DNA of 64,000 bases from Candidatus Heimdallarchaeum aukensis (GCA_021513695.1 CP084166.1:1408001-1472000), one strand, 5' to 3'. Shown: positions 1-9,362, counted from the stretch's first letter. Notes: generated by a model not told the origin, from the sequence alone. Numbers and translations: made by a program.

Positions 1-69
1 CTAAAGAAAAAAAACAAAACTTCAGAGAAATCCGATAAAGTTAAATTTTATTTTTGAATAATTAATTCA

Positions 70-213
70 ATGAATAAACAAGACACTAAAACTGAACATG
101 AGGAAAAAGAAGAGAAAATTTTCAAATGTACAGGATGCCACACTCCACTCTCTATTTATGATGAAAGATGTCCAAGATGTGAAAGAAAGAATCCGCATTA
201 TATTTATAGGTAA
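70..213 (+). CDS. Small zinc-ribbon protein of 47 aa (CTGC...CPRC)
   Basis: Read directly from the sequence: ATG at 70, TAA at 211-213. Two CxxC pairs. Below the ORF-track size cutoff. Confidence 0.3.
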   Translation: MNKQDTKTEHEEKEEKIFKCTGCHTPLSIYDERCPRCERKNPHYIYR

Positions 214-277
214 CTAGAACTAGCAAAAAAATTATTAATAAATTAATTTTCATAAAAATAAAAAGGATTTGTATAAT

Positions 278-448
278 ATGTCTATTCCAACACCACCATC
301 TAAAGATAGTAACGAGGAGGGAAACCCGGATGCAAATTGTCCAGAATATAAACCTATAATGGGAAATTACTGTGAATTTTTCGTAACAAGGACTGGAGAA
401 TGTATTAAAGGAGTAGGAAAGTGCGATGGCTTTGGTGTGTTAAAATAA
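278..448 (+). CDS. Small Cys-rich protein of 56 aa
   Basis: ATG at 278, stop at 446-448. Six Cys residues (CPEY...YCEF...ECIKGVGKCDG). Speculative small ORF. Confidence 0.25.
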   Translation: MSIPTPPSKDSNEEGNPDANCPEYKPIMGNYCEFFVTRTGECIKGVGKCDGFGVLK

Positions 449-461
449 GAAAAAATTAAAA

Positions 462-1295
462 TTATTTTTTCAGATATTCTTCAAGTTCGTTATTTATTTC
501 TTTAACATTAGCAACAATTCTATTTTGGCTTTCGCCTTTATTACCTTCAACATTTATTGTAGAAGAGGTTAAAAATAAAGGTTTATAAAAGTCACGTAAC
601 ATTTTTTTACCTTCTCCAAGTAAGCAAGAACAAGTTCCTATATAGTTTCCATCAGAATCTCTTCTTATTCTAAAATAAGTTATATGGCTAGCTCTGCTAC
701 GCCAAACAATTAGGTTTGCTGTTAAGCTTATGTTACTTCGAATAATATGACCTAGGAAAACATTGTCTTTTAAACCGAACTCATAGAGTTTAGGGCTTGG
801 CTTTGCTTCAAAATTTGTCATTAAAAAGATTGTAGTATCATCAGATAATTTTGTATAACGTTTAATTGGTACATCTCTTGTTGATTCTTTTATTATAAAA
901 GTAAACGATTTTTCACGACGTAGAGTGTATGCTGATTGATTTTCTATGATCGCAGAAGTTACATTGATTAATAATTTAGCGTTCTTTTTGTTCAATTCAA
1001 ATCTTTCTACAGATTGAACAGGAACTTTTGAACTAGAAATAAGAGAACAAGCTAGTGTTCCTATCATCTCGTGAGTGACAGGGCCTCTTATTTTACATCC
1101 TGATGGCAAAACAATTACGGGAATATCATTTGGATCAATATTATTTTTTGTAAAAGACTTTGTAGATTTATCAGATTGATAAACTATAAGCTTCACATCG
1201 TCGCTATTCACTGACTCTATGATAGAACTCATAAAACTTAACATTGGCTTGCAGTGATCACATGTTTCAGAATGAATATACAGCTCTAGTTCCAT
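462..1295 (-). CDS. Hypothetical protein with an N-terminal thioredoxin/glutaredoxin-like CxxC motif
   Basis: 277 aa ORF. N-terminal 'SETCDHCKP' CxxC motif typical of a thioredoxin fold. The rest is uncharacterised. Confidence 0.5.
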   Translation of the reverse strand: MELELYIHSETCDHCKPMLSFMSSIIESVNSDDVKLIVYQSDKSTKSFTKNNIDPNDIPVIVLPSGCKIRGPVTHEMIGTLACSLISSSKVPVQSVERFELNKKNAKLLINVTSAIIENQSAYTLRREKSFTFIIKESTRDVPIKRYTKLSDDTTIFLMTNFEAKPSPKLYEFGLKDNVFLGHIIRSNISLTANLIVWRSRASHITYFRIRRDSDGNYIGTCSCLLGEGKKMLRDFYKPLFLTSSTINVEGNKGESQNRIVANVKEINNELEEYLKK

Positions 1296-1398
1296 AGTTA
1301 TCTATTCCTTTTTTTTTAAACAATAAAAGGGTTAAAGTGAATTATTATAAAGATTACTATCAACTTAATTTTTGAGTTGACAGCTATTACACACTTTG

Positions 1399-2250
1399 TT
1401 ACTTTAACAATGCAAAAACAATCCATAATACAGAAATAATTATTGCTGAAAGAATATTAAATAGAGAATACAATTTTAAAGTATCATCAAAGTATAAACT
1501 TTCTATATATTTTCCTATAGAATTTAATCTATTATCTATAGTGTACAATAACGAGCTAATTTTTGTTGTTTCTCTTTCATTTTCTTCCGTTGATGCGAAT
1601 ATATCGATAAAAGCGTGTAACATTTTTTTATCTTGTTCTAATACTAAAGATGAACTAACTGACTCTAATTTTTTATGAAGTTCTTCAATCTGTTCTTTTG
1701 AAAGAACAGGTATTTTCCAAGAATAAGCTTCACTTGCTATTTTTCCAAGATGGTGAGCAATATCATCAATGTATATATCGAATGATACTGGTCGATAATT
1801 TGTTTGATCTATCATTCTAAAAAATTGTAGATCTAAATCCTTTTTATTCTCGTTTTGATAGTATTTTAACGGATCTACTACTAAAGCTATAGCTTTTGGG
1901 AACAAGTTTTGATATGTTCGTTGTGTGTTTTTATCTGTTCCTGATAAGAAACACCCATAACCTGGATGAGTATGCCACCAGCCAACTATGGTTTGTTCAC
2001 TATCTCTCTCTTGTAACTTCATAACAATATCAACTAAAGCTTCATCATCCATTACAACAAAAGTGCTTGTTTGCTGTTGTTTTCCTGTATCAATGTCTGT
2101 AATAATAAGCTGATCAGTATCTTGCTTAACATATCCTATTAGCAAACCAGCTGATTCTTTTGATGTATCCATTCTATCAACAGTTAGTATTTTTGCCAAA
2201 GCAGTTGCAGATAATAAGATTTCAATATCTGAAGGTTCAGTCATTATCAA
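1399..2250 (-). CDS. JAB/MPN (JAMM) metalloprotease-domain protein with a C-terminal transmembrane helix
   Basis: The JAMM motif H-x-H-x7-S-x2-D is present as 'WHTHPGYGCFLSGTD', with an upstream Glu. A hydrophobic C-terminal segment (LFNILSAIIISVLWIVFALL) suggests a membrane anchor. Confidence 0.8.
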   Translation of the reverse strand: MIMTEPSDIEILLSATALAKILTVDRMDTSKESAGLLIGYVKQDTDQLIITDIDTGKQQQTSTFVVMDDEALVDIVMKLQERDSEQTIVGWWHTHPGYGCFLSGTDKNTQRTYQNLFPKAIALVVDPLKYYQNENKKDLDLQFFRMIDQTNYRPVSFDIYIDDIAHHLGKIASEAYSWKIPVLSKEQIEELHKKLESVSSSLVLEQDKKMLHAFIDIFASTEENERETTKISSLLYTIDNRLNSIGKYIESLYFDDTLKLYSLFNILSAIIISVLWIVFALLK

Positions 2251-2321
2251 GTATAAAGTTATAATAGGGGTATAAAATATTTCTCATTTCTTGATTTTAA
2301 AAAATTAATGTAAAGAATAGG

Positions 2322-3359
2322 TTATAATCTTGACAGAATTGGATATTCAGTTAATAGGTAATAGGTCATTTCCTTTAACTTTATTATATCTGGATGTTCT
2401 TTTGAAATGCCTTGGTGTTCAGTTTTTTCTATGTAATCCATCATAGCCCATAGAGCTATATAAAAATCAATAGGAAGGCCTTTAGGGTACATTTCCTCTA
2501 AAGTAGGTACATGAAGTTCTTTTAGGTGAACATTATAACCTTTCAAAAACTTTCTAATATCTTTAGCAGTCTCAACTAAATTATTTGTTTCTCTGTACTC
2601 CAGTATGGATTGTCTCCCAAAAAAAGTTCCCATATCCTCAAATCGGTCATATGATCCCTTCATCCAGAATGTTGGGTCAATTAGTGCGATAGTTATTACT
2701 TGATTATCAGGTGTTATTCTTAGCATTAAATTGCTTTGGTGAAAATCCCCAAAAGCATCGCAACCCCCCATTGAAGAACTAATCATTTGCAGAAATGGTT
2801 TAGATTTCTCTACCACCGTGCTTTCTTGTTCATCGCCGCCAAATATCTTAAAAACTAATCTTCGATGAAGCTCTTCATATATATCTACCATAACTTTTCT
2901 TGTTTGTCCTCCATGAATTACTGCAAGAACATAACCAGCCCAAAAACTCTTATTTCTTACTTCAACAGCATCTTCATAATTAATTCCTGTTATCCCTTCA
3001 TAAGCTATAAAGGGATTATCTCCTAGATTTACATAAATAAATCTTGGAATTCTGACTACAGATCTCGCAGCAAATTTTTTCTCAAGGGTCATTGTGTTTT
3101 TTATTTCTAATAATGCATCATTACTATTTTCTATAAATTTAATAGCAACCTTCTTCTTATGTTCAGTGATTTCTGAAGAGTAATATACATCTACAACGAA
3201 CACTTCTCCAAATCTTCCAGCTGTTTTAAAATATTTAATATTGTTAATGTTGATATCAATTATATCTTTTCCAGTATCTCTATTTGCTTCATCAATAAAG
3301 TAGTATCGGAATTGATTGATTAATTTTAGTAAAAGCTCAGAAGCAACATCAGTATTCAT
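2322..3359 (-). CDS. Protein-kinase-like phosphotransferase (APH/ChoK-type fold)
   Basis: Catalytic-loop-like 'FGDFHQSNLML' followed by 'IDPTF' (the Brenner motif and DFG-equivalent of APH/choline-kinase-type enzymes). There is a paralogue at 36771..37856. Confidence 0.55.
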   Translation of the reverse strand: MNTDVASELLLKLINQFRYYFIDEANRDTGKDIIDININNIKYFKTAGRFGEVFVVDVYYSSEITEHKKKVAIKFIENSNDALLEIKNTMTLEKKFAARSVVRIPRFIYVNLGDNPFIAYEGITGINYEDAVEVRNKSFWAGYVLAVIHGGQTRKVMVDIYEELHRRLVFKIFGGDEQESTVVEKSKPFLQMISSSMGGCDAFGDFHQSNLMLRITPDNQVITIALIDPTFWMKGSYDRFEDMGTFFGRQSILEYRETNNLVETAKDIRKFLKGYNVHLKELHVPTLEEMYPKGLPIDFYIALWAMMDYIEKTEHQGISKEHPDIIKLKEMTYYLLTEYPILSRL

Positions 3360-3583
3360 TGATTTACCTAATTCACATCAGTACAAAAACTTTTTGAAGA
3401 TTAAAAATAAGATTTTTATCAATAGCGTTGTATATCAACAGAAATTATTTATTTAAAGAACCATTATTGTTTTTAAGTAGTATAAGCAAAAAAATAAAAA
3501 AATAATTATAGATTACTAAAATTTAATAAATATAGAAAATAAAAGATAATTAGTCTCCCTTTCTATAAAAGTGAGGAAATAGT

Positions 3584-4699
3584 ATGACATCTGTACAAAA
3601 AATAAGTTGGAGCAAGGAAGAAATAAAATTAGTTGCCGACTATTTAGTCAAAATAGCTAATCAGTCTGAAGAACGCAAAATGGAAATCCCAATCGAGAGC
3701 GAAACACTAAAACATGAAAAAGTTGTTGAAGAAGCCAAAATGGGTATTGCAGAAGCATTAATTACAAATGAAATTAATGAAGAAGCTTTAGTGGAAGATC
3801 AAAAAATAAAAGAGATAATGGAATTTTCTCAGATTCCACAGCCCAAAACTGTAAAAAGGATAGAAGAAAAAATACCAGAAGAGAAGATAGATGTTATTGA
3901 AGAGAAGAGATTAGAGTTTGAAGAAGATAAAACAGGCATTGGAGAAATGGGAGAAATTGGTTTTGAAGAAATGGGAGAAATTGGTTTTGAAAAAAGAACA
4001 ATAGAAGGAGAAATTGTACAAGAACCGATTGTAGAGGAAAAAGTAGAAGAACCGATTGTAGAGGAAAAAGTAGAAGAACCGATTGTAGAGGAAAAAGTAG
4101 AAACAGATATTTTTTCACTAGCTAAAGAGATAGGCAAAGCATTAACAGAAACAGAAACAACAGAAGACATATCAATTGTTCAGAAAATAGAAACAGAGGA
4201 TTTGTCCGCTGAAGTTGTTACAGAACCAATTTTAGACAAACCCGTTGAAATAAAACCAGAAGACTTTCCAGAGGATATAAGAGATATAGTTCTAGAAGAA
4301 ATACCAGCTAAACCAGAAAAAGTAGAAATAACTCAAGAAGTGAAAGAAGAAATACCAGCTAAACCAGAAAAAGTAGAAATAACTCAAGAAGTGAAAGAAG
4401 AAATACCAGCTAAACCAGAAAAAGTAGAAATAACTCAAGAAGTGAAAGAAGAAATACCAGCTAAACCAGAAGAACTACTCACTGAGGAACAAATTAGAGC
4501 GAAAAAACGAGAAGAAATTATTCAGAAAATGCTTGCAGAGACAAGAAAGAGAGAACAGGAAGCTGGTGTTAAAGTATATAATATGGGAGAAACAGCTGGA
4601 AAGAAATATTCTGCTGTAATTATTGGTCAAGAATCATCAAAAAACATTAAAACTTGGAAAAAGGTAAGTAAGAAGAAAAAGAAGAAAAAGAAGAAATAG
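3584..4699 (+). CDS. Acidic, low-complexity tandem-repeat protein with a C-terminal poly-lysine tail
   Basis: 371 aa, Glu/Lys/Ile-rich. Three in-frame repeat arrays and a terminal K11 run. A GGTGA-like RBS ('gtgagg') lies 7 nt upstream of the ATG. Confidence 0.6.
   Translation: MTSVQKISWSKEEIKLVADYLVKIANQSEERKMEIPIESETLKHEKVVEEAKMGIAEALITNEINEEALVEDQKIKEIMEFSQIPQPKTVKRIEEKIPEEKIDVIEEKRLEFEEDKTGIGEMGEIGFEEMGEIGFEKRTIEGEIVQEPIVEEKVEEPIVEEKVEEPIVEEKVETDIFSLAKEIGKALTETETTEDISIVQKIETEDLSAEVVTEPILDKPVEIKPEDFPEDIRDIVLEEIPAKPEKVEITQEVKEEIPAKPEKVEITQEVKEEIPAKPEKVEITQEVKEEIPAKPEELLTEEQIRAKKREEIIQKMLAETRKREQEAGVKVYNMGETAGKKYSAVIIGQESSKNIKTWKKVSKKKKKKKKK
3944..3991. repeat. 2 x 24 bp direct in-frame repeat (GEMGEIGFE units)
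   Basis: Exact duplication of 'gaaatgggagaaattggttttgaa', seen in the sequence. Confidence 0.8.
4022..4102. repeat. 3 x 27 bp perfect in-frame tandem repeat (EPIVEEKVE units)
   Basis: 'gaaccgattgtagaggaaaaagtagaa' repeated three times exactly. Confidence 0.85.
4295..4471. repeat. 3.5 x 51 bp perfect in-frame tandem repeat (EEIPAKPEKVEITQEVK units)
   Basis: 'gaagaaataccagctaaaccagaaaaagtagaaataactcaagaagtgaaa' repeated exactly. Identity at nucleotide level implies recent expansion. Confidence 0.85.
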
Positions 4700-4791
4700 T
4701 AATTTTCTCGAGAATATTTTTCACTATAGTCCTAAAAAAATAAATAGTATAAAATAAATATAAATTAAGTAGTCATATTGTCATTGGAATT

Positions 4792-5868
4792 GTGAATAAA
4801 ATGGAGGATATATCTGGTGTTAATTGGGATAAATTTGTAGGTTTTTGTATTTTCACATTTGAGGAGGAATTAATTTTTGACAAAGTTATAAACACTAAGA
4901 CTTCATTTTCTACGGTCTATCATATTATCGATACTTCTAACAAAATGAGAGACGAACTTAAAAAATCAAAAAAAATATCTGTTGTTAATGATATTTTTAG
5001 AGTTGATTACGAAATTATTTTCAATGTTATTTTTGCTTTCATGTTTAAGCCTGAAACATCAGATGAATTTTCTAATTTATCAATAAAAACAATTAAACAA
5101 ATAATAATTGAGCACTTAAAAGATTACGGGGCAATAGATAAAATGGAACCCGCATCCCAATGTGCGCTAATAAAACGGCTAGGAAATCTTATTGCAGAAC
5201 GCGCTTGTAATCAAATAAAAAACGAATATTTTTCAAAAAGAGCTAAACTTCAAGAAAAAACAGAAACTCAAGCAGTAGTAACTCAACCGCCGGAGGTTGA
5301 ACCAGTAGTCAAAGAGACAGAGGAAATAAGAAGAGAAGAAGAAATAAAGAAAGAAAAAAAACCTAAAGAAACACAAGTTCAAACTTTAGGAAAAGTTGAA
5401 AATCTTTTAGAATTCATAGGAGTAAAAGGAGAAGTAATTTCTGAAGAAGCTGCAAGTGAGGGGACAAAATCTGAACTAACAGAAAAGTTATTGGAAGAAA
5501 CAAAAAGAGATTCAATAAAAAGAGTTCTTTCTTCTGTAATAAAAGGACTAGATGAAAAAACAGGTGTATGTTTTGTTTATACAGAACAGCTTGGACAACT
5601 AGACATTTTATCTTACGGAATGTCAGAAAAACATGCTAATTTTGTTTTAGGTATTTTAAGCAAATATCCAGAAATAATTAAACAAACTCTGTCATCAGCT
5701 AATGAGGAAAAAACTCTAGATGCAGGAGACGGTGTTGTCATCTTAGAAGAAACAGAGAAGGGGATCTTGGTAAGTATCACTAAATACAAAGAAGAGATAC
5801 CAACAATTGTCCAACGTTTAAAAATGGTTAAAATGCTAATAGATCAATTCTTAAAAACATCATTTTAA
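4792..5868 (+). CDS. Hypothetical protein; paralogue 1 of 3 sharing a C-terminal roadblock/LC7-like domain
   Basis: C-terminal ~110 aa (…LDAGDGVVILEETEKGILVSITKYKEE…) aligns with the C-termini of the 5895..6482 and 6560..7579 products. It has the alternating beta-strand pattern of Robl/LC7 (MglB-like) domains. The acidic middle region is low-complexity. Confidence 0.55.
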   Translation: MNKMEDISGVNWDKFVGFCIFTFEEELIFDKVINTKTSFSTVYHIIDTSNKMRDELKKSKKISVVNDIFRVDYEIIFNVIFAFMFKPETSDEFSNLSIKTIKQIIIEHLKDYGAIDKMEPASQCALIKRLGNLIAERACNQIKNEYFSKRAKLQEKTETQAVVTQPPEVEPVVKETEEIRREEEIKKEKKPKETQVQTLGKVENLLEFIGVKGEVISEEAASEGTKSELTEKLLEETKRDSIKRVLSSVIKGLDEKTGVCFVYTEQLGQLDILSYGMSEKHANFVLGILSKYPEIIKQTLSSANEEKTLDAGDGVVILEETEKGILVSITKYKEEIPTIVQRLKMVKMLIDQFLKTSF

Positions 5869-5894
5869 GAATCTAAAATAAAAAAGAAAAATTG

Positions 5895-6482
5895 CTAATT
5901 GTTTTCTAGTAGAATTGAATTGTTCAAAACTACTTGTTGTACATGCTTCAAACGACGGGCTAGTTCATCAACAGAAGATTTATCTTGAACAATGCCTACA
6001 AGATAATTATCTTTCTCGCAGTTTTCAAGGACAACATAACCAATTCCAGTATCCAATACTTTCACTTCTTCAGTAGAACCTAACAGGTCGTTTATTACAG
6101 GAGGATATTTTCTAAAAATGTTAAGTATCTTTTTTACAACTTCTCTATTCAATGGTCCTCGAACAATTGCTGTTTTTTCTTTACTTTCTATGTGTGGAAC
6201 CAGAGCTGCAGCAGAAAGAGATTTTAGATCATTTGCTATACTGTCAAGTAATGCATCAATTGTTACTTTTATTGCTTTTCTCACTTCTTCTGGTGAAGAT
6301 GTTTGAGACAAGAATTTTTTCAAATATTCTCCTGATTCAATTTTCTTTTTTGAAACTTTAATAGTATTATATGCTATTTCTTCTAACTCTACAAAACTAG
6401 ATTTTTCCGCAGCTTTTCTTTTTCTAGTGGAAATTTTTCCAGCTTGAGATGATTGTTTTTTCGACGGAGACATGCATATCAA
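5895..6482 (-). CDS. Hypothetical protein; paralogue 2 (short form) with a roadblock/LC7-like domain
   Basis: 195 aa. Contains 'VKVLDTGIGYVVLENCEKDNYLVGIVQDKSS', which resembles the roadblock core '[27 protein letters not shown]'. Confidence 0.55.
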   Translation of the reverse strand: MICMSPSKKQSSQAGKISTRKRKAAEKSSFVELEEIAYNTIKVSKKKIESGEYLKKFLSQTSSPEEVRKAIKVTIDALLDSIANDLKSLSAAALVPHIESKEKTAIVRGPLNREVVKKILNIFRKYPPVINDLLGSTEEVKVLDTGIGYVVLENCEKDNYLVGIVQDKSSVDELARRLKHVQQVVLNNSILLENN

Positions 6483-6559
6483 AGAAATAATAACTTCAAA
6501 CTAAAAAAATCTTTTCCTTTATTTAGTAGGTAAATTTATTAGCATTTGTTGATTAATGT

Positions 6560-7579
6560 ATGAATAGGTTTGGGGTAATGAATAGTTTAGACTTTAAAGA
6601 CATTATAAATCCACTAGTCGCTGTACTTACTTACAATGCAGAAATTGGAAAATGTGAAATAAAAGTAGAGAACGTAAGAACAAACAGAGAATTGGAGGAA
6701 ATTGAGAAAAATTTTAATAGATTATCTTACGATTTTTTAGAATGGGTAAAACGATATAATGAAATTACTATCTTTAAAGGCTCTTTTAGAGCAACATACA
6801 TTAAATTTTACAACATGCTACTTCTCTTTGTTTCAAGGTTGGAAAATTCTGGATTTGAAATAAGACCTGTTATCAAAAAGTTCTTGGAAGAGTTTGCACG
6901 TAAGTTAGTCGATGATTATATCTCAAAAAACCTTTCAAGCTCAAGAATCAAATCTTTTTTAGAGATAGAAAAATTAGATAAAGAGATTCTAAAGTCTGAA
7001 ATTGTTAAGACTTTCACTAGAATGAAAATGGATCCTTCTGCTTTACTAGAAAAATTAAGTAAAGAAAAGAAGGAAGAAGGAGTTCAAGAAATTTATATAC
7101 AAGACCAGAAAAAAAGAAGAAAAGAGATTCTCTCAGAATATCAAAAAAGCGAACAATTTGAACTTGTACCAAGTGTAAACAACATACATATGACTGCAGA
7201 AATTATTGAATCTGCAAATAAAAAAGCAATAATTTCTTTATTATTTACAGTTATAAAAGGATGTAAATCACCATCTGCAGCAGCTTATATCTATCCAATG
7301 GAGGGAAGAACTATTGGAGAACTTTATGCGGGTGATTTAGAAGAACATAAAATTTTATACGTTCTTGAGGCGATTTCTGAACATCCAAAAGCAATAAATG
7401 AAATGCTTCAGTCAAAAGAAGATCTAAAAATGCTTGATGCAGGGATAGTACAAATAATTTTAGAAGATCTAACAGAAGGTAAAATCCTAATTGGAATAAC
7501 AACAAATAAGGATGATGTTTTCAATGTTGGATACAAGATTAAGATTGCTAAATTCATCATCAAGCAATTTGGATTCTAA
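6560..7579 (+). CDS. Hypothetical protein; paralogue 3 with a C-terminal roadblock/LC7-like domain
   Basis: 339 aa. C-terminal 'LKMLDAGIVQIILEDLTEGKILIGITTNKDD' is homologous to the other two paralogues. Confidence 0.55.
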   Translation: MNRFGVMNSLDFKDIINPLVAVLTYNAEIGKCEIKVENVRTNRELEEIEKNFNRLSYDFLEWVKRYNEITIFKGSFRATYIKFYNMLLLFVSRLENSGFEIRPVIKKFLEEFARKLVDDYISKNLSSSRIKSFLEIEKLDKEILKSEIVKTFTRMKMDPSALLEKLSKEKKEEGVQEIYIQDQKKRRKEILSEYQKSEQFELVPSVNNIHMTAEIIESANKKAIISLLFTVIKGCKSPSAAAYIYPMEGRTIGELYAGDLEEHKILYVLEAISEHPKAINEMLQSKEDLKMLDAGIVQIILEDLTEGKILIGITTNKDDVFNVGYKIKIAKFIIKQFGF

Positions 7580-7641
7580 AGAGTAGAGAAACAAAATAAC
7601 CTATAAGAACATTTTTAGATTTGTGCTCTTCTTAACAGACA

Positions 7642-8676
7642 ATGAAAGAAGGTAAACTACCAATTCCAAAACTTAACGAGATACTAGCGCTAAAAGGAGC
7701 AAAAAATGATGGCATAATCTCTGCGGGAATAATTGGTCATGATGTGGCAGTAATTGATATTCAGTCAGCAAAGCAAAATGCATTGAAGTTTTATGACAGT
7801 AAATCAGAGGTTTTGTTAGTAGAAAAATCAGATCCCATCACTTTTCCTACTCCAAACCCAGGATACTATTCTGTTATAGTAAATTCTAATGACATTGCTT
7901 GCTCAGGGGGAGTACCTTATGGTTTTTTGATCACAATTATTGCTCCTCCAGATACAACTTTTGATAAAATCAAAGCAATTCAAAAAGAAATCCACAGACA
8001 GTGTGAAAAATTTGATATTAGTATCCTTGGCGGACATACTGAAATATCGCAATCTGTAAACACAATAATTATTTCTGGACATATGATAGGCTTTGTCCCA
8101 AAAGAATTCCTTGTTCCAAATTACTTGTCACCTGGCGATAAGATTATTGCATTAGGTTATTCGGGTAAAGAAGGAACAAATATTTTGATTGAAGAAGCAG
8201 GAGAAGCAATATATGATAAATTTACGAAAAAAGAGATATATGAATGGAAAGAAAGAAATTCAGATATAAGTATTCTTAATATTGCCCTCGAGCTAAATAA
8301 AGAATTTAAGCCAAAACTGCTACATGACCCTACAGAAGGAGGAATTTTTGGCGCATTGTATGAAATTGTTGCTCTAACAAAATTAGGTATTATGTTAGAT
8401 AGACTTCCTCCTCTTTCAGATGTTACAAAAAAACTCTCTGAATGGCTGAATTTTAATCCGTATCGATTAATTTCTTCTGGAGGATTAATTATTGCAGCAG
8501 AAGAGGAAAAAGCATTAAAGATTGTAGAGTTCTTAAAAATGAAAAAATATCCTGTAGAAATGATAGGAACAGTAATAACAAGTGACAAAAAATTAATTTA
8601 CAAAGAAAAAGAAATTCACCCTCCCGAGGGTGATGATATTATTATAGCTCTCAATATTCTTAATAAAAGAAAGTGA
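7642..8676 (+). CDS. PurM-like (AIR-synthase-related) family protein, HypE/ThiL-like
   Basis: N-terminal 'GHDVAVI' and 'LGGHTEI' motifs, and a C-terminal domain typical of the PurM superfamily. The exact subfamily is undetermined. Confidence 0.55.
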   Translation: MKEGKLPIPKLNEILALKGAKNDGIISAGIIGHDVAVIDIQSAKQNALKFYDSKSEVLLVEKSDPITFPTPNPGYYSVIVNSNDIACSGGVPYGFLITIIAPPDTTFDKIKAIQKEIHRQCEKFDISILGGHTEISQSVNTIIISGHMIGFVPKEFLVPNYLSPGDKIIALGYSGKEGTNILIEEAGEAIYDKFTKKEIYEWKERNSDISILNIALELNKEFKPKLLHDPTEGGIFGALYEIVALTKLGIMLDRLPPLSDVTKKLSEWLNFNPYRLISSGGLIIAAEEEKALKIVEFLKMKKYPVEMIGTVITSDKKLIYKEKEIHPPEGDDIIIALNILNKRK

Positions 8677-8682
8677 TACAGA

Positions 8683-9357
8683 ATGGAGCAAAAAACAAGC
8701 TATAACTATGATTTTTGGGGAGCTGAAGCTGAATTAACAAAAATTAAATGGTTTGGTTTAGAAGCTATAAAAAAGGTGAGAATTTCCAAGAAATATAGAA
8801 TTTCTGAAATTGATGAAATGTTAAGAAAAAAAAGAACAATCACTGAGGCAAAGCTTCTAATTACTGCAAAAAAAGCTAAAGTCCAGACCCCATTCGTATA
8901 TGATGTTGATTCTAAAAAACGAACAATAATTATGGAATTTATTGATGGAACTAAAGTCAAAGATTTTCTGAAATCAGAAGAATTTGATAGTAAAGTCAAA
9001 AGGAAATTAATGGAAGAGATAGGAAAAAAAGTAGGTTTACTTCACGCTAATCATCTGATACATGGAGATTTAACTACTAGCAACATACTTCTCAGAAATA
9101 AAAAGTTAGTATTCATTGATTTTGGTCTCGGAAAGTTCTCAAATGAAATTGAGGATAAGGCAGTTGATGTTCTACTTATGAAAAAATGTCTAACTAGTAC
9201 TCACGCAGAGGATAACAAGGAATACTTCATTTCTTTTCAAAAAGGATATGTATCTAGTTACACCAAAGGTGATGAAATATTAAAACGTGCATTAAAAGTA
9301 GAAGCAAGAGGAAGACATCTAAAAGAAGAGGATGTAATTTCAGAGTATATTTTCTAA
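8683..9357 (+). CDS. bud32: KEOPS complex kinase Bud32 (Kae1-associated kinase)
   Basis: Small RIO-like kinase. Catalytic loop 'HGDLTTSNILL' and 'IDFGLG'. Size of 224 aa is typical of archaeal Bud32. Confidence 0.8.
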   Translation: MEQKTSYNYDFWGAEAELTKIKWFGLEAIKKVRISKKYRISEIDEMLRKKRTITEAKLLITAKKAKVQTPFVYDVDSKKRTIIMEFIDGTKVKDFLKSEEFDSKVKRKLMEEIGKKVGLLHANHLIHGDLTTSNILLRNKKLVFIDFGLGKFSNEIEDKAVDVLLMKKCLTSTHAEDNKEYFISFQKGYVSSYTKGDEILKRALKVEARGRHLKEEDVISEYIF

Positions 9358-9362
9358 ATCTA

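Noticed and set aside
3563-3576. TATA-like 'ctataaaa' upstream of the acidic-repeat gene as a promoter
   Set aside because: It lies only ~14-21 nt from the ATG, directly abutting the RBS-like 'gtgagg'. That is too close for an archaeal TATA box at −26 of a leadered transcript. It may just be AT-rich context.
3829-4170. Antisense ORFs (113 aa and 74 aa) inside the tandem-repeat region of the acidic protein gene
   Set aside because: They are produced by the repeat periodicity on the opposite strand. Their composition is Ser/Leu/Phe low-complexity, and they are fully contained in a much longer sense ORF with an RBS.
3944-4471. Possible CRISPR array suggested by perfect direct repeats
   Set aside because: The repeats are contiguous, with no spacers. 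They are in-frame within a coding sequence and of lengths (24, 27 and 51 bp) that encode peptide repeats. No cas genes are present, and no repeat-spacer array was seen anywhere in the window.
6118-6361. Two short plus-strand ORFs inside the 5895..6482 minus-strand gene
   Set aside because: They are embedded antisense to a gene whose product has clear paralogues. Their Leu/Phe-rich composition is typical of AT-rich antisense frames.
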